Positions 46,074-60,133 of a stretch of 64,000 nucleotides of DNA are shown here, piece after piece (the stretch's first letter is position 1; each line of letters begins with the position of its first letter). Source of the DNA: Cyanophora paradoxa CCMP329 (lineage: Eukaryota > Plantae > Glaucophyta); assembly GCA_004431415.1 (NCBI GenBank), contig QPMI01000181.1, positions 26,299 to 90,298 on the forward strand, read 5' to 3'. The notes under the pieces are model-generated. The model had not been told where the DNA came from and did not search any database. It saw nothing but the letters and a program-made list of their open reading frames with translations. The translations under genes and the position numbers were made by a program.

Positions 46074-49000
46074 GAGCGGAGGGGCGGAGCGGGTCGGACG
46101 GTAGGCCTAGGGCGGGGAGATAGCCTAAGGTGGATTAGGTGTGGCGGTAGAGTCAAGGCTAAGCTGCGCCCGGCACGCGTGACTTTGTGCACTGGTGTCC
46201 TTTATCGTCTCTAGCCGTTCGAACCGTCCCGGGCGGCTGCGGCTGGCGGGGGCGGAGGGGCGGACGGTAGAGGGCGGCGAGGAAGATGAGGATGAAGGAG
46301 AGGACGCCGGCCTCGGCCGCCAGGATGGACGCGATCCGCTCCTGCGCGCGCGTCGCGATCGCAGGATAGGGGCGAGGGAGTTAGCTGTAGGTCCCTCGAG
46401 CTCGCGGGTGTGGCGGAGGCGCTAGCTAGCTAGGCGTGCTCCCGTTCAAGAAGCGGCGGCGTCCCCCGTTCTCTCGCTTACGCCTAAATGCGCGCACCTG
46501 CGCGTCTTGGTTGTACAGAAGCGTCGAGAACTCGAACCCTGCGCGAGCGCGCGGAGCGAAGAGAACTTCAGTAATTATATATAATTTTACTCGGGCGCGC
46601 GCACGCGTGCGAAATTAAACAACAATAAATATTGCAACTCACCGTTGTCGATGTCCTGTCGACCGCAAGCAAGTTCAGGTCAGCGCGCATTTGGTTGTCA
46701 GCATGTGAAACTTAAAGCGAGTTGCGAGGCAGGCGCACGAAGCAGATGCCGTTCATGTTGTCGAGCGAGCGGATGCGGCGGAAGACGTCAGTCACGTTCC
46801 ATTGGGGGGTGACCTGCGGGCCCGGGCCCGCAGCCGGCGTCAGGTGTGGAGGAGGCCACCTTCCTCTGTTCGGTGAGGGGCGTCTCACCGCGTTCTCGGC
46901 AGGGGAGAGGTCCTTCCGGTACCGCCCTGCCGCGTCCAGCACGCCCGCGCTCTGCGCGGAAGCTTAAGTGAGCGCCGCAATTCCACCGCAGCGAAATTCG
47001 ATGAGGCGGGCCGGCCGCGATCGGACCCGCGCGGCGGTTGCGGTCTCCTTCAAAAAGACAGTGAAGACCCAATCCAGGCCTTGCTCCACCTTCACAAAAG
47101 TTCTAAGGCTCGCTTCCAAGAAATAAAGAGAATTACTCGAAGCCGAATCGTACCTCGTCGAGATGGTAGACGCGGGTGGGGACGCAGGCCGCCGGGTCGG
47201 TCCGCAGGCACTTCTGGCCCCCGTACATCACGGCTGCGCGACGCCGCGGCGGCTCAGAAGCGCGTAGATACGAGACAGGGTCTAAAACGCCTCACCGTCC
47301 TGCGGGGCGTAGCGGGGCCGGTCGAACGGGATCCTGCGGGCACGTGCGCGGCCCGTTCAGCAACCGCGGTCCGTTGCGAAGGACGGGCCCCAGCGCACCC
47401 GAGCGAGGCGTTGCCGTACTTCAGCGCGCGGAAGTACGTCTCGGTCCTCTCGACGGCGGCCTCCAGGCGCGTCGCCATCATCTGCTTCGTCGGCAGGATT
47501 TGCGCGTCTGCGACACCGAGGACGCCGGACACGGTTAGCTAGACGGCTCTTCGAATTCGTTGGGCGCAGTCTGCTGCGGCCGGCGCGCGAACCGTTCACG
47601 GTGAGCTCGAAGGCCCACATGTGCAGCTCGCGGATGAGCGTCCGGACCAGCCCCGAGAGCCGCACCTGCGCACGCGCGAAAATCGATACCAAGCTTCGAA
47701 GCGCGGGCGGGCGGGTGGCGCCGGCGGCCGCGGGCGGGCGCGCCTCGGCGGGGATGACGAGGAGCTGCTGGAGGAGGATGTAGCAGGCGATGAAGTTGGC
47801 GACGCACACCGCCGCTGCGTATGCGCGATCGCGAGTCGGGATCGATCGATATCGGGGGAGTCGAGCGAAATCAAGAAATTGCAATTGCTCGCTTGCACGG
47901 ACCGAGCACGAGGAACGCGATGATGTAGCGCGTCGTCATCTGAATAGCGCTGTAAGGAAATTGCGACCAATTTCCGTTTACGATTGCGACGGCTGCCAGA
48001 CGCGCCTTCGAGAAGATGTCGTGGGACGCGGGCGCCGGCGCCTGCTCCGCGCTGTCCTTGCCGGCCTTGCGCAGGCGGCGCTTGAGGCCCTCGAGCCAGC
48101 CGGCGGGCGAAACGTTGGCGGCGGGGGGTTGCGATTGCCCCATTGTCGCGGCCGAGAGCGGCGGGGAAGTGCCGGCCTCGCTGAGGGGCACGACGTCGAC
48201 GGGGGGCGCGGCCGTCCGCTTCAGGACCGAGTTCTTCCGCGGCTGCTGCTTGATCTGTTTCGGAAACCGGCATGAACTCGAGCGAATAAAGAGGAAGCAA
48301 AAACCGGACGTCGCGACCGACCTCTGGCTCGGGCGCGGCCGCGGTGGAGAAAGAGGAGGCAAGGAGGGGCCGCCTCGCGAGCGACGCCGTCATCAGGAGC
48401 GGGAGGCCGGGTGGCGCGGCGTTGGCGCCGCTCGCGGCGCAGCCGACGCCAGCGACTGTGTCGCGCCGCTCGTCGCTGACGCCGCGGAGCAGCTCCGCCA
48501 GCTCGCCCGAGAGGACGAGGCCGTCCAGCGCCGTGCCGCCCGCGGCCGCCGGCATGCGCACCGGCGCGGCGTCGGCGGCTGCCTCCACCTTCGCCAGATT
48601 CGGCCCATGCTCCGCGGCGCCCTCCTCGCTGTCCGAGAAGCTGCGCGGCCGGCGGATCTCCGGTTCCGGCTCCGCGGCGCCGGCCGTTGTCGACAGGTCG
48701 ATCGCGAATTCGAACACGGGGTCCTCGTGCACGGCACGAGCGGCCGCCTGCAGGACAAAAGTAGTTCCGTCGACGTCGTTGGATTCCTTCGCACCGGCGA
48801 AGCTGCCGATCGCGCCGACGCCATCGGAGGGTGTCGGCGAGGCGCGGCTCTGGGGGCCGAGAGCGTGGATGGGCGCGTAGTCTGACTGCGGCTGCGGCTG
48901 CGGCTGCGGGCCAGGGGTGACGATACGTAAGATCGCTTCTCCGAGATCGCGGGCGAGAGAGAAGCTAGAAGCTAGCAACGTCGATTCAAATGATCGATCT

Positions 49001-52000
49001 ATGTACCGCAAAGCATTTTACTAATTACGACGGCGCACCGATTCCTGGGCGACCTCGGCTCGGACACGGGCCAACGCCGACACGGCCTTGGGGCGCTCGT
49101 CGGCCCAGGACTGGCGGCGTGACGCCCCGAAGCTGTCCGAGCTCGGCCGCATGTGGTCCAGGGTCGGAGTCTCCTTTGCGGGGGCCGCGGCCGCTAGCAC
49201 TTTCGAGTTCCGGACGGACGCTGAGCGGGATGCGACGCCGCCCGAGCCCGCGTGCTCCTTGCGCTTGCTCGACGAAACAGGCCGGGATGACGGCTTCGAG
49301 CTCGGCCTTGGGCCGTTCCCCTGGACGCTTGCCGGCACGATCGATCCCGCACGCGACGGCGGCGCCGGGTGCACTTTCGCGCTCGCCGCTGCCACCGGCT
49401 CTTGCATCCGATCGAACCTGAACGAGAGGCTTACTTCTTTGTCGCGCCATAGACGTAGAGAGGGCGCGGCGCACCGGAGCTTGCTGGCCACGTGCGCGTG
49501 GAGGGCGGCGCGATCCTCGGCACCGTCGCCCTCGCCCTCCTCCCGGTCGCTGTTCTCCCCCGCCGCCTTGTCGCTCGCCGCGTCCTCCTGCCGAATACGC
49601 CAAGTCAGCAGAGATTCGGTACAGAAATGGAAACGCTTCGCTTCTGGACGGTCAACCGAATCGATCGCGTGCGGTTTATGTATACAATTGAGCGCGAAAA
49701 GGTCCAGGGACCGCGGGCGGCGGCGGGGGCGGCGGGGGCGGCGGGGGCGCGCCTCGTCCTCGGGGATGTCTCCCGGCTGGTCGTCGCCCTCGCCCTCGGA
49801 CTGCGAGTCCTCGTCCTGGTTCACGAACTTCATCGCCTTGTAGTGCTTGTGGATGCGCTTGATGACTGAAACGCGGCGCGTGAGCGACGGCCGCAGAATG
49901 GTCTCCGCTTCCTGTTCGACAGAGTCGCACCGGCGCTGGGGATGTTCGCGATGAGATCGCTGATGCCGTGCTTGGTGGAGCGGACGCGGTTGATGCTGGG
50001 GCGCAGGACGAAGAACCCAATAATGAAGAGCAGGGAGAGGCTCGCGATGACGAGGCCGATGAGTGACCCCTGGGCCGAGTGCGTCGTCTCCCGGATCTGC
50101 CGCGCCGCGCCGCGAGGCCGGAACACCGTTTAAATTTCGGCTTTGCCGTGCGCGCGCGTCGCACTCGCCCACCTCGTTCTCGTACGCGATCCCGAGGTCC
50201 TCGAGGGCCGAGTTGATGCCGCCGCTCTCGATCGCGACGTTGTCGAAGAGGAAGCGGAGCCCGACAATGTTCTTGAACTTGTCCCCCTGCAGGTCCTCCT
50301 TCGTGTATCGCTGCGCGAGCACGCGCGGCGGCCGCGTCGAACGCTGCCCATGGCCTAAGGCAGCAGCGGAGGAGAGCGGCGGACCGCGAGCTGCTTGCTC
50401 TCGTAGATCCAGCGGTGGGCGGCGTCCCAGACGCGCATCCCGACGAGCCGCTTCGCGCCGGCGTTTGGGTTCGTGTCATCGGGGATGTACTCGATCACGT
50501 CCTGAGGACAAGGACGAGGCAGGTATCAACATTTATATTGTGAAGTCAATTCAATGCAGTAGAACTACTCACCACGTTCGTCTGCTCCCAAGCGCGCAGC
50601 ACGCCCGCGTTCGTCGAGGGGCGGATGCCCTCCTTAGGAAAGCCGTTCATGTAAAGGGCTGTCGTGCCCATTAACGTTAGCGGACCCCAACAGATCTAAA
50701 TCGACAGTCTCATTGGTTAGTTACAATCGCGTAAGAGGGCGGACCCGAGAAGGCGTCGTCTTGCATCTTCGCGCGGACGACGACGTTGTTCTTCACCTGA
50801 AGAGTACGAAGCTCGAGTTAGAAGGGGCAGACGCGTACGTTTCCGTGCGCTTCAAGCTTGTAGTAACAAGCGTAAGCGCAAATAAAGCACCCGGTCGAAC
50901 TCCTTCCTGTTGTTCTCGAAGGCGTACATCTGGGTGAGGCGGACCCAGTACATGTTCGTCATGAAGGTGCGGTGCCCGATGGCCATCTTCATGCTCCGGA
51001 AGATCGACGCCGACAGCGTCTGGAAGAAGTTGCTGACCTGCTCGACACATGCACGTGAGGCGCTGATGAATAAATGATCGTATGAGAATTCGAAAGAAGC
51101 GCGCGCGCCTGGAGGTAGAGAGGGTCAGATGTAATATTAAATTATCGAAGCTTTAAGCTTTAAGATTTTAACGAAAGCTTTAAGAACGAAGCTTTAAGCT
51201 TAAGCGCGCCTGGAGGTAGAACGCGACGGCGAGGGCGCCGATGGCGAGGAGGCCGATGATGACGCCGACCGCGAGGCGGCTCACTGCCCTCTCCTCCCGG
51301 CTGTGCACCTGCAGAAACAGCGCCGGCGTCAGACATCGCCTTCTTTTTCATAGGCTTTAATAGGTCTTAATAGATAACCTTAATAGATAGGTCGTCATAG
51401 GCCTCAATAGGTTCTCTTCGGCCTTAATAGATGCGCACCTGGTCGGCGGCGTGGTGCTGCGCCCGCTTCCTCCGCGACGACCGCGAGCTCCCGCTCCGCT
51501 GCGAGTCAGAGTCAGATGTTCGGGATCGAAGAAAGAAGTTCGGGATCGAAGAAAGAACGTTTCTCGCCTGCGAGCCGCTCGCCGACTGGCTGTCCTCGTT
51601 CGTGCGCGCCGTCCGCATCCCCGCGTGCGCCCTAACAGCGAGCAGCGTGCAGCGCCGGCGCCGCTCTTATGAGATGATGGAACGGCGAAGGCAGAAGCTT
51701 AAGCCTCATAAGCGCCGGCGCCGCTCTAGTGAGATGGACTGGCGCCGGCGAAAGCAGAATTCGAAGCCGGGTCGATGGGGCGACGGCACCTGCTGTCGTG
51801 GTCCTCGAGCTCGTCGGCCTTCTGGAGGAGCTCGAGGCCCCGCTCCGGGTCGCTCCCGATCTGACTTAGATTTAGATGGCGTCGGCCGCGCGCGGCGCTG
51901 GGCGGCTTTGATGGAGCGCTGCTCGGTTCGCACCGTCTGCAGGTAGACGCCGTAGGCGCGCAGGAGGACCTTGGAAGTCGGGTACCTGCGCGACAACTCA

Positions 52001-55000
52001 GCGGGCGCCGGCGCCGGCGGGCGTGCAGAAATCAGGACGAGCTCGAGAGCGGCGCACTTCTTGTGCAGCTGGCCGTAGGCGTCGTCCGCAGCCCGCTTCG
52101 CCTGCAACGCGATTTTATAATTAGTTTATTATTCAAATTTGGATAGGCAGCGTCTCTTGCCTTCTCGATTTCCTGTAGGACGTTCGTGAGCTCGCCGAGG
52201 CCCTCCGACGCGATGGATCCCCGCTTCATTCGCCTGCGGAAACGCTCACGCGCTCCGCAGAACAAATTCGATTGCACTGTATATATATATGAGACCGCTC
52301 GCCTCACGAGGGAGGCCCAGAAGCCCTTGATGAGCTGCAGCGCATGGTTCTGGTCCGCCGTGGCGCGGTCGTACCTGATTGTACGAAAAACGCGTCAGCG
52401 CGAACTCAAAGTTAACGACGAGCTTAAGCTTAGTGATCGGTTATCGTCGAATATCATAGTTGAATATTAATATTAAGCGCTAAGCGCACAGGTTGCGGAA
52501 CTCGAGGACGTCGACGAAGGAGGAGCGGTTGGCGGCGTCGCCGGAGAGGTTCGCCGCGTGGTTGCGGCTCTCGAACTCCATCCGCTTCGACGACATCAGG
52601 AAGCGCATGTCCAGCGGCGGCTTCTTGTACATCGCTGCGGGATCGATATCGGAGATTGCGCGATCAGAGGGCGATGTAGATTCGAACGCATGATTGAATT
52701 CAATTGAGCTAAAACCGAGATTAGATCTAGAGACGCTAGATTCATAACCACGATTCAAGCACGGCGAAGATTCGAACTCAAACCGAGATTATACTTGTAG
52801 ATGCTAGGTTATTTAGCACGATTCGAGCACGGCGAACCTTGCTTCATCTCGTTGATCGCGGCCACAGGGTCCCCGATGTGATACTGCAGGTACCTGTTTC
52901 GCCGTGGGAGAGCGGAACGGACACGCTCAGTCAGGCGACGATTTCCGTGCTTTCAGATCACATCAGATCTGATCCGAATGTGTGATAGAATGAATCTGAG
53001 AGGCCGCACGCGGAGTAACAAACGCGGATGTAGCAGGACCCCGAATGCTTCTCGAGCCTGACGAAATTGAAGCGACACCCGCATCAGCAGACGGGCGCGG
53101 CTTGCGATACGTTTCGCTTATCATCGGCGGCGGGTTCGAACCCGCGGCGGTAGAGGGTGTCGGCGACGGCCTCGCGGCGCTGTCGCTCCTTCTCCCGCTC
53201 TGCAGAGGCGGCGTCCTCTGGAGCGCCCCTGGCGGCCGCCCCGCCCCCGCCCCCGCGGCCGGCCTCCAGGTCGACGTCTGCCTCCGGATCCTGCTCGTGC
53301 TCGACTGCGAACGTCGCGGTCAACGAATGTATATTGAAAGATGCACGAGAGAGCGTTCGGTTAGATAGATACTCACAGGCAGCAACAGAACCGTCGTCGT
53401 GGTCGTTGACGCCCGAAGCGTTCGCGACGCTTCCCGTCGGAGAGCGAAGAGGGGCCGGCGTTGGCCGAATCGTGTACTTTTCGGCGGGGCCGGACCCGAT
53501 CGGCACCGCGGACCTGCCCATACAGATTACAAGGTCGATCATGCTCAGCAAGAGCAGCGGACGCACTGGTCAGGGCCAGATTCGGAGGTGGCGTTTCCTG
53601 TGCCGATTTCGGGCTTGGATGCCTTGGCGACGCTCGGCGATGGCTCCGGCGCCCACACAAACCGCGTCTCTACCTCTATCTGCGAAATCGGTGAGCGAAT
53701 CGAATTCGAATCGGCGAGCCGCAGTGGCGCGGTGAACTCTGCCGCACAAGGGCTTCTATTGCGAATCCGCCGGTGACGCCGAGCCACTTTTCCATGAAGG
53801 AGCGGCCCTGCTCGGCCGCAGCCTCCGCGTCCGACAGGTGCGCCCGCCGCCACGCGCGCCGCATCAGCGCCCAGTGCCGTAACGCTGCGGTTTCGTGGCT
53901 CTGATCAGGGCCGGGCGCGAGATGCGAGAGATGCGAATGGGCGCGGCGAGATCTAGACCGACCGCAGAGGGCGGCGACGAGGACGCCGGAGAGGACAGTG
54001 GCCGCGAGGAGGACGACCGAGAGGACGCTGTCCGTGCTCGCGTGGACGGCCGCGGGGGCCGCCGCGGAGGCCGGCGCGTCCTGCTGGATGAGGCACATGG
54101 AGGCCAGCGCGAAGAATGCGGCGCTGGCGAAGAGGCCCGCGCGGATCGCGTTCATCGCCCGGCTGTAGTACGCTGCGCGCGCGCGCGACCGCGATCGCGA
54201 GCCGGGCGGATCGGCGTTATAATTGGCGCCGCGGATCCGGAGGCGTTATAACAAGAGTGGGCCGGGTTCGCAGGGCGCACGCTGGAACCAGACCATGAGG
54301 AGCGAGTTGAAGGCGCAGACGAGCGCCAGGACGCCGTTCACCGTCTGCCGGCCCGGGCCGCTCAGAAAAGGCTCGCAGATCAGAGATGGAAGGCGGGCGG
54401 GCCCCGGGGCGGGGGCGCACGCGGGGGCTGGAGTGGAGGAAGCGGACGAGGAAGACGAGGCCGGTCTGGCAGAGGGTGTACACCAGGCGCAGCCGCCCGT
54501 GCGGGCTCGCCTCCACGTTCTGCGCATGCCCGGCCCCGCCGTCCGTAAATACGCATGGTCAGCGTCGCGGAATTCGTTCTTTTGATATCGGCCGCGCGGC
54601 ATCCCACACTTGAATTTAATTTTGTATCTTAAATCCCGACAGCCCCCGAGGGCTCGGACCTTGGAGAGGGGGCAGAAGTCGACGAAGAGGAGGGAGAGGA
54701 TGCAGGCGGCGGGCACGAAGGCGGCGATCTGCACCGCCCCGACCGCCGCGTACAGGATCCACGGCATCGACGTGATCTGCAGCGATGCCGATCGCGACGT
54801 CGCAAGTCAGACCACCCAAAGGAGGTAAGGATGTCGATTCCGCGGGCCCCGGGCGCGCGCGTACCGCGGAGGGACGTGGGGTGAAGCCGGGATCATCGGG
54901 GTCGAGCCTGCGCCGCGGGTCCGGACCGGAGTGAGGGGCGGCCGGTCGCGACCGTGAGGTCGGATCCGGAGCGCTCGCACCCCAACGTAAATGCAGAGGC

Positions 55001-56080
55001 CAGGATGTTGAGCACTGCAGTGCCAGGATGGAGCCGGGATATATTAGTGGTCAGTCATGATCAGGGGTCTTTAATTTAGCGAGATCGCGATTCACGATCG
55101 TTGCACGGGGCGAACCTGTGATGTAAAAAGCGCCGACCAGCAGCTGCGCGGCGATGATCATGAGCCTGGCGAGACCCACGGGACGGGCCGGGGCCGGGGC
55201 GGGGTGAGCCCACGTTGACGAGGAGCCGGAGGATTTTGGCGGGGAGGGGGAAGAAGTGCTGGTGCCGCAGGCTGACCCACAGGAAGCCGCAAAGCCCTAC
55301 CGGCCGCGGGGCCCGGCGGTTTTCAGGTCCAGATTTGATTCCCGGATTTCCGGGCGCGGGTCGGGCCGGGGGCCGAGGCGCACCGAAGGCGATCATAATG
55401 AGGGCGACGACCGTCCAGAAGATGGCAGCGAACGACTGCCCGAAGATCGTGTCCGTCACCAGCGCGTAGACTGCGCCAGTAGCGGCGTCCGCGTGAGGCC
55501 TAGATATAGGGGCGCTCGAAATTAAACGTGAATCAAAGCTGGCGGACCGTCGGGGCCCTGCGTGATCCAGCTGATGGTCGAGGGGGACCACGCCTGCCGG
55601 TCCGCCAGCGCCGCCAGCTGCCGGCCGGGCAGGGCGCATGCGATGATCAGATCTAGATTCATGGCGCTCGAGCCTTAATTTAGGCGCCGCGGATGGAGCA
55701 GGCGTCGACGGACCTGGAAGGCGTCTATGAAGCAGAGGACGACGGGGACGACCTGCTTCTGGAGGAGCCCGCGGGAGGCCGCGCTCGGGCCCGAGCGGTC
55801 CACCTGCTCCGGATCCCCGCGCCGTCAGCCGAGCTTGGGGCGGGGGAGGGCGGGGCGGGGCGGGGCGGGCCATGGTGGAGAGGACGGAGAAGAGGATCTC
55901 CTCGTAGCGGTTGGAGCGGAGGCCCTCGCTCGCGAGCCGCAGCGCCGCCGCGTGCTGCGCCGTGCTCGCCGCCGCCGCGTCGCCCGCCCCCGGCGCGCCC
56001 GGGTCCGCCCCGTGGCCGGCGCCGGGGGCCGCCGGCGCCATGGCCAGCGATCGCGACCGCCGCGTCGACGCGGGGGCCAT
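45720..56080 (-). CDS. TmcB/TmcC-like (tiny macrocysts) large multi-pass membrane protein, many introns
   Basis: N-terminal TM block (EEILFSVLSTM, LPAKILRLLV, HGRLRL, YYSRAMNAIRAG). TPR-like block (KPPLDMRF..., KGFWASL, ADDAYGQL..KYPTSKVLLRAYGVYLQTV). Further TM/extracellular segments, ending MIPKE...HKG* at 45720. Confidence 0.75.
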
Positions 56081-57289
56081 GCTGCGATGAGGGGCGCGCG
56101 ACCCGACGCCGAACGCTAATGCTGCTGGCCGCGCCGCGCCGGCTGTGGGCCCGAATGTGTGGCCTGCTGATCCGGCTGCCCTTCGACGTCTATGTTATAT
56201 TAGCTATCGACTCGGTGGCACATGTACAGCTAACGCTGCAGCGACTCGGCGATGATCAGGACAACTGTGGCCGAAGCTTGCAATTGACTCAGTGAGCTGT
56301 TGGGCGCGCCGCTAGCGCTCGCGGCGCCCGGCTCGCCGCGCTCGCCGGAAGCCGGCGCCGCCTGAAGCCCCGCGCCGCGCCGCGAATCGATATCGTCCAG
56401 GCCGGCTGCATGCGCAGCCGAGACGAAGCCTAGGCCAGCGCCTGCAGCTGAGTCACGAAGCTTAAGGCCTTCGAGTATTGATGCACTAGTACGTATACGT
56501 ATACTGCGCGTGCGGCACGATATCGATGATAAGAGTCACGGTCTGCGCTTTCGCCTCGCCGCGGCGCTCACCGGCATGCAGCTGGCACTGTTGTCAGACT
56601 TTAAGCGTCTTCGCGTAATGCAGCTTCTTCGCGTAACGCGCGGCAGTCAGACTTTAAGCGTCTACACTGGCACGGCCTGCAGCTGCAGCTGGATAGCTAG
56701 CTAGCTACTCCGGCGCTCGCGCGCGCTCTGCTGTGCTCAGCGGGCCTGACAGCGGCGCCGGCTGTCCGGAATCCGGATCGGATCGGACTTCGGGAGGGGA
56801 GTTGCCTCAGGGCCTGCGCGCGCATGCACTGTACATGTGGCCAGTCTGTGGGCCAGTCGACGTCGACGCGGCTGATCCTGATCCGAGGCCGGCCGATCGC
56901 CGCAGCGCGATGCTCTTCCGGGGTACCGGCGTAAGTCCTCTGACTCTTAGGCGAGTCCTAGCCGTTCGAGACTCCGGCTCAGGGCTTGACTCACCCCCAG
57001 GCAAGGCCCGCAAGGGTACCGGGTATTATCCGAACCAGCCCGTCACGATCCGAGTCACCGATTGTTTTCAATTGACGCGAATCGCACGCGCATGCAGCTG
57101 CGCATGCAGATGAAACTTCGCGAATTTACGGGCATGCAAATGACCGTCGCCGCCCGGCGCCGGCCGCAGACCGCCGCCGCGGCGCCGCGCGCGCCGCGCC
57201 GGGCGGCGCGCGGGGTGTCGCCGCCGACTCGGACTCGCCGGGGACCGGGCCAGGGACCAGCTCTAGACCCTCGGACCGGCCGGGTACGG

Positions 57290-57495
57290 TCGCTGCGCCG
57301 GCGGCGCCGCGGCCCGGCCCGCGGCCCGCGGGCGGCGGGCCGCGGGGGGCCGGGGGGCGGGCCGCGGGGGCCGGGGGGCGGGGCCGCGGGGCCGGGGCCG
57401 GGCGCGCGCGGCCGCCCCGGCGGGGCCCGGGGGGCGGGCCATGGACCTTTTCGGCCCGGGGGGCGGGCCATGGACCCGGGGGGCGGGCCATGGCC
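57290..57495. repeat. GC-only low-complexity tandem repeats (gggccgggggcgg; cccggggggcgggccatgg x3)
   Basis: Direct reading; intergenic. Confidence 0.6.
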
Positions 57496-57854
57496 AGTCT
57501 GCAGCTGCCGCAGTGCAGCGCCCCGCGGGGCCGGCTTCCACTGCGCCAGCAGCTGCAGCTGCAGCCTGCAGGCGTCGAGTGCTATAGCTAGTGTCACGTG
57601 CAAAGTGTACGCGTGCGGGTGCTGCACTCCGGCCTAGGGGTGTGCGCGTGCGGAGGTATTCGGTTTTTCAATTTGCCAAATTTGCCTCTGCATCAATATA
57701 TATATGCAGCTTCGACGCCGGCCGCCGCGCCGGAGTCGGGCGTCACTGATCATGATCATGACCCTCTGGCATACGGGCCCGCACGGCCTCGAGAGGCTGC
57801 GGCGCGAGGTCGAGTCCCCCCCGGGCCCGGTCCAAAATTAAAAATGACTCATGA

Positions 57855-59453
57855 TCACGAGTATTGACTCCTGGTACACAGACAACTGAACGAGATCTGG
57901 ACAGATAAAAAGCTCAACGTGAGCTTTTGGCCTCGAAAGGGACGCCCTCCTGTGGGGTACAGGGACCAGTTGTTGGCGGGGGTAGTGGAATCGGGAGGGG
58001 GCACGCGCACGGCCGTGACGTTGTAGGGGTACAGCCCCTCGAGTCGCCTGACGAGCCCCTCATGCCGGTTGTACTGCGGTTTTTTTTGGAGGGGGGGGGG
58101 CGTCAGGGGGGTACACCGCGCCCGGCTGCGAGGCCAGGGACGGGGCCTGCCTGATGGACGACAGCGTAGGGCCGCCCGAGCCCATTCAGCAGCCGCCCGT
58201 AGCTGCGACCCCGGGCTGAGGCGGAGCGGGGGTACGACGGAGCGGGCGAGGAAGGGGGGTACCGGTCCGCGCGGAGCGTCTTGACCGAGTGGAGGGTGGC
58301 GAGGTGGCCGGAGGCGTTGTCGAGCGCCTGTACCCCTTGCAGCGAGCCGCCCCACACGAGGTAGTTGTGCACTGGGGGGTACGGGGATGCTGATCAACGG
58401 GGGCGGCGGCCGGAGATGCTGGAAATCGAGCCATCCATCGAGCACGCGCACCGGCCTGGTCCATGCCGACGTGGTTGCAGCGGAGCAGGGCGAGATGCGC
58501 CTCCATTGCCCTCGCGTACCCCAGGACGCCGGCGACAGTACCCATCGTCGTGCCCGCGCAGGCGATGCGCCTGTCCAGCGCCGCGTCCGCCGCGGCCCGC
58601 CCCAGGCACTCCGTCTGCCACAGCTGGTTGTGGTAGTCGTCCCCTGCGCCGGGTCGCTCGGCGGCGCGCGGCGGCTGGCGGCGGCTGGCGGCGGCGGCGC
58701 GGCGCGGCGCGCACGGTGGGTCTGCTCGTCGAGGAAGACTTCCAGCTCGCTGCGGATGAATGGGAACGGGTCCAGCTGAAACACGACGTCTGCGCGGGGG
58801 CGGGCGGGCGGGCGGGCGGGCGCGGAGCGTCGGACCGAGGCGCGCCCTGGGCGCGCGCCGGGCGTTCTGTTCTGGCCGGCGACTCGCACCGAGGTCGCTG
58901 ATGAAGACCCGGCGGAGGCGACCGGCGTTCTGCTCCAGGTACTGCCTGTAGACCGCGTACCTGCGCCCAAAACCTTCAGCGAGAGCGCGCCGCGCGGAGT
59001 CCGGGGCGTGCACCTGTGGATCTCCGGGTTCCGAGGGGGAAGCGACGCCCGCAGCTGCGTGTCGTCATAAAGGATCGGCTGCGCGTTCCAGTCCCGGTAG
59101 ATCGCCAGCGTCTCCTCGCCGGGGACGTGCGTTTGCGGCGAGACGATCTGCGCGGGGAGACATCCAGGACGCGGCGGGACAGCAGGCCGTCAGAAATGGA
59201 TCGCGAAAGACACAAAGGCACCGCGCGGCGGCCTAGGGAGGCGCACGGCGACTTCGACGTCGGGCGCGACGCTCCGGATCGAGCGAAGGAAGCGGTAGAC
59301 GTACGCCGGCGGCACGAGGATGTTGCAGCCGATCACGAGGTCGCGCCGCCCCTCGGCTGCTGCCGAGCGGGCGAGCGCGAGGGCCGCCAGGAGGAGCGCC
59401 AGCCCGAGCCCTGCCGCGGGGCTCCTCCGATGCCCGCGAGGCCTTGCGGCCAT
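57855..59453 (-). CDS. Secreted/membrane-anchored GT-A-fold glycosyltransferase-like protein
   Basis: Signal/anchor LGLALLLAALAL, FLRSIR, RYAVYRQYL...VFISD..DVVFQLDPF (acidic metal-binding motif), CAGTTMG, MDQ..HNYL and VVHQYNRH. 3' end approximate. Confidence 0.7.
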
Positions 59454-60133
59454 CTCCGGCCTCCCTCGAGTCCTAGCTAGTGACGAGAGGCCCGCTTTCT
59501 GCGGTTCAAGTTGACAAGTTCGGCCAGGGGAGTACAGCAAATCAGGAACAAAGGGAAGCTGTCTAGCCCCTTCACCCAGGTGGCCGGCGAGCCTGCGTTC
59601 AACTCGGCAACCTGCAGAATAGCTTGCCCGGCAATGCCGCCGCCCGCCTCGCCCGCGGGGCTGCAACGAAGTGAGTCCCCAATCGTCGCGGGTGCCAGCT
59701 GCGCGCTGCCTGTTTTCGCGTTCTAGAAGGCGTGGATTTAGCGATCTCCCGGCTTCGAAGCCCGCGCGGAGAGGTGACGAACTCGCGCTCACATTTCGAC
59801 AGGCCCCGTGGCAGGCCAGGACCCGGGGAGCCCATCAGCCAGCGGGCTTCGGGCGCGGACGATGAAAGCTACATCGGCGCTTCTCGTAGACTTGCCCGCA
59901 GGTGGGTCCGGCGCTTCTCGCCCTGTTAGCTGGACTCGATCCCTCCGACCCGCGCGCCGCGCGCGGGATCGCAATCGGGCTCCGCGGGCGCAGCTAAGCC
60001 GCGCGACCCGCGCGCAGAGGCGGGCGAGATCGATTCGGGGCGCAAGCGGGGCACGCCCTCGCCGCCGGCCTCCCTTGACGGACTGCGGTCACCCTCGGCG
60101 GCCGCGGCCCTGGCGGGCGTCGACCCAGACGAT

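Noticed and set aside
56330-57850. MITE or other transposon in the palindrome-rich intergenic region
   Set aside because: No terminal inverted repeats or target-site duplication could be identified by eye.
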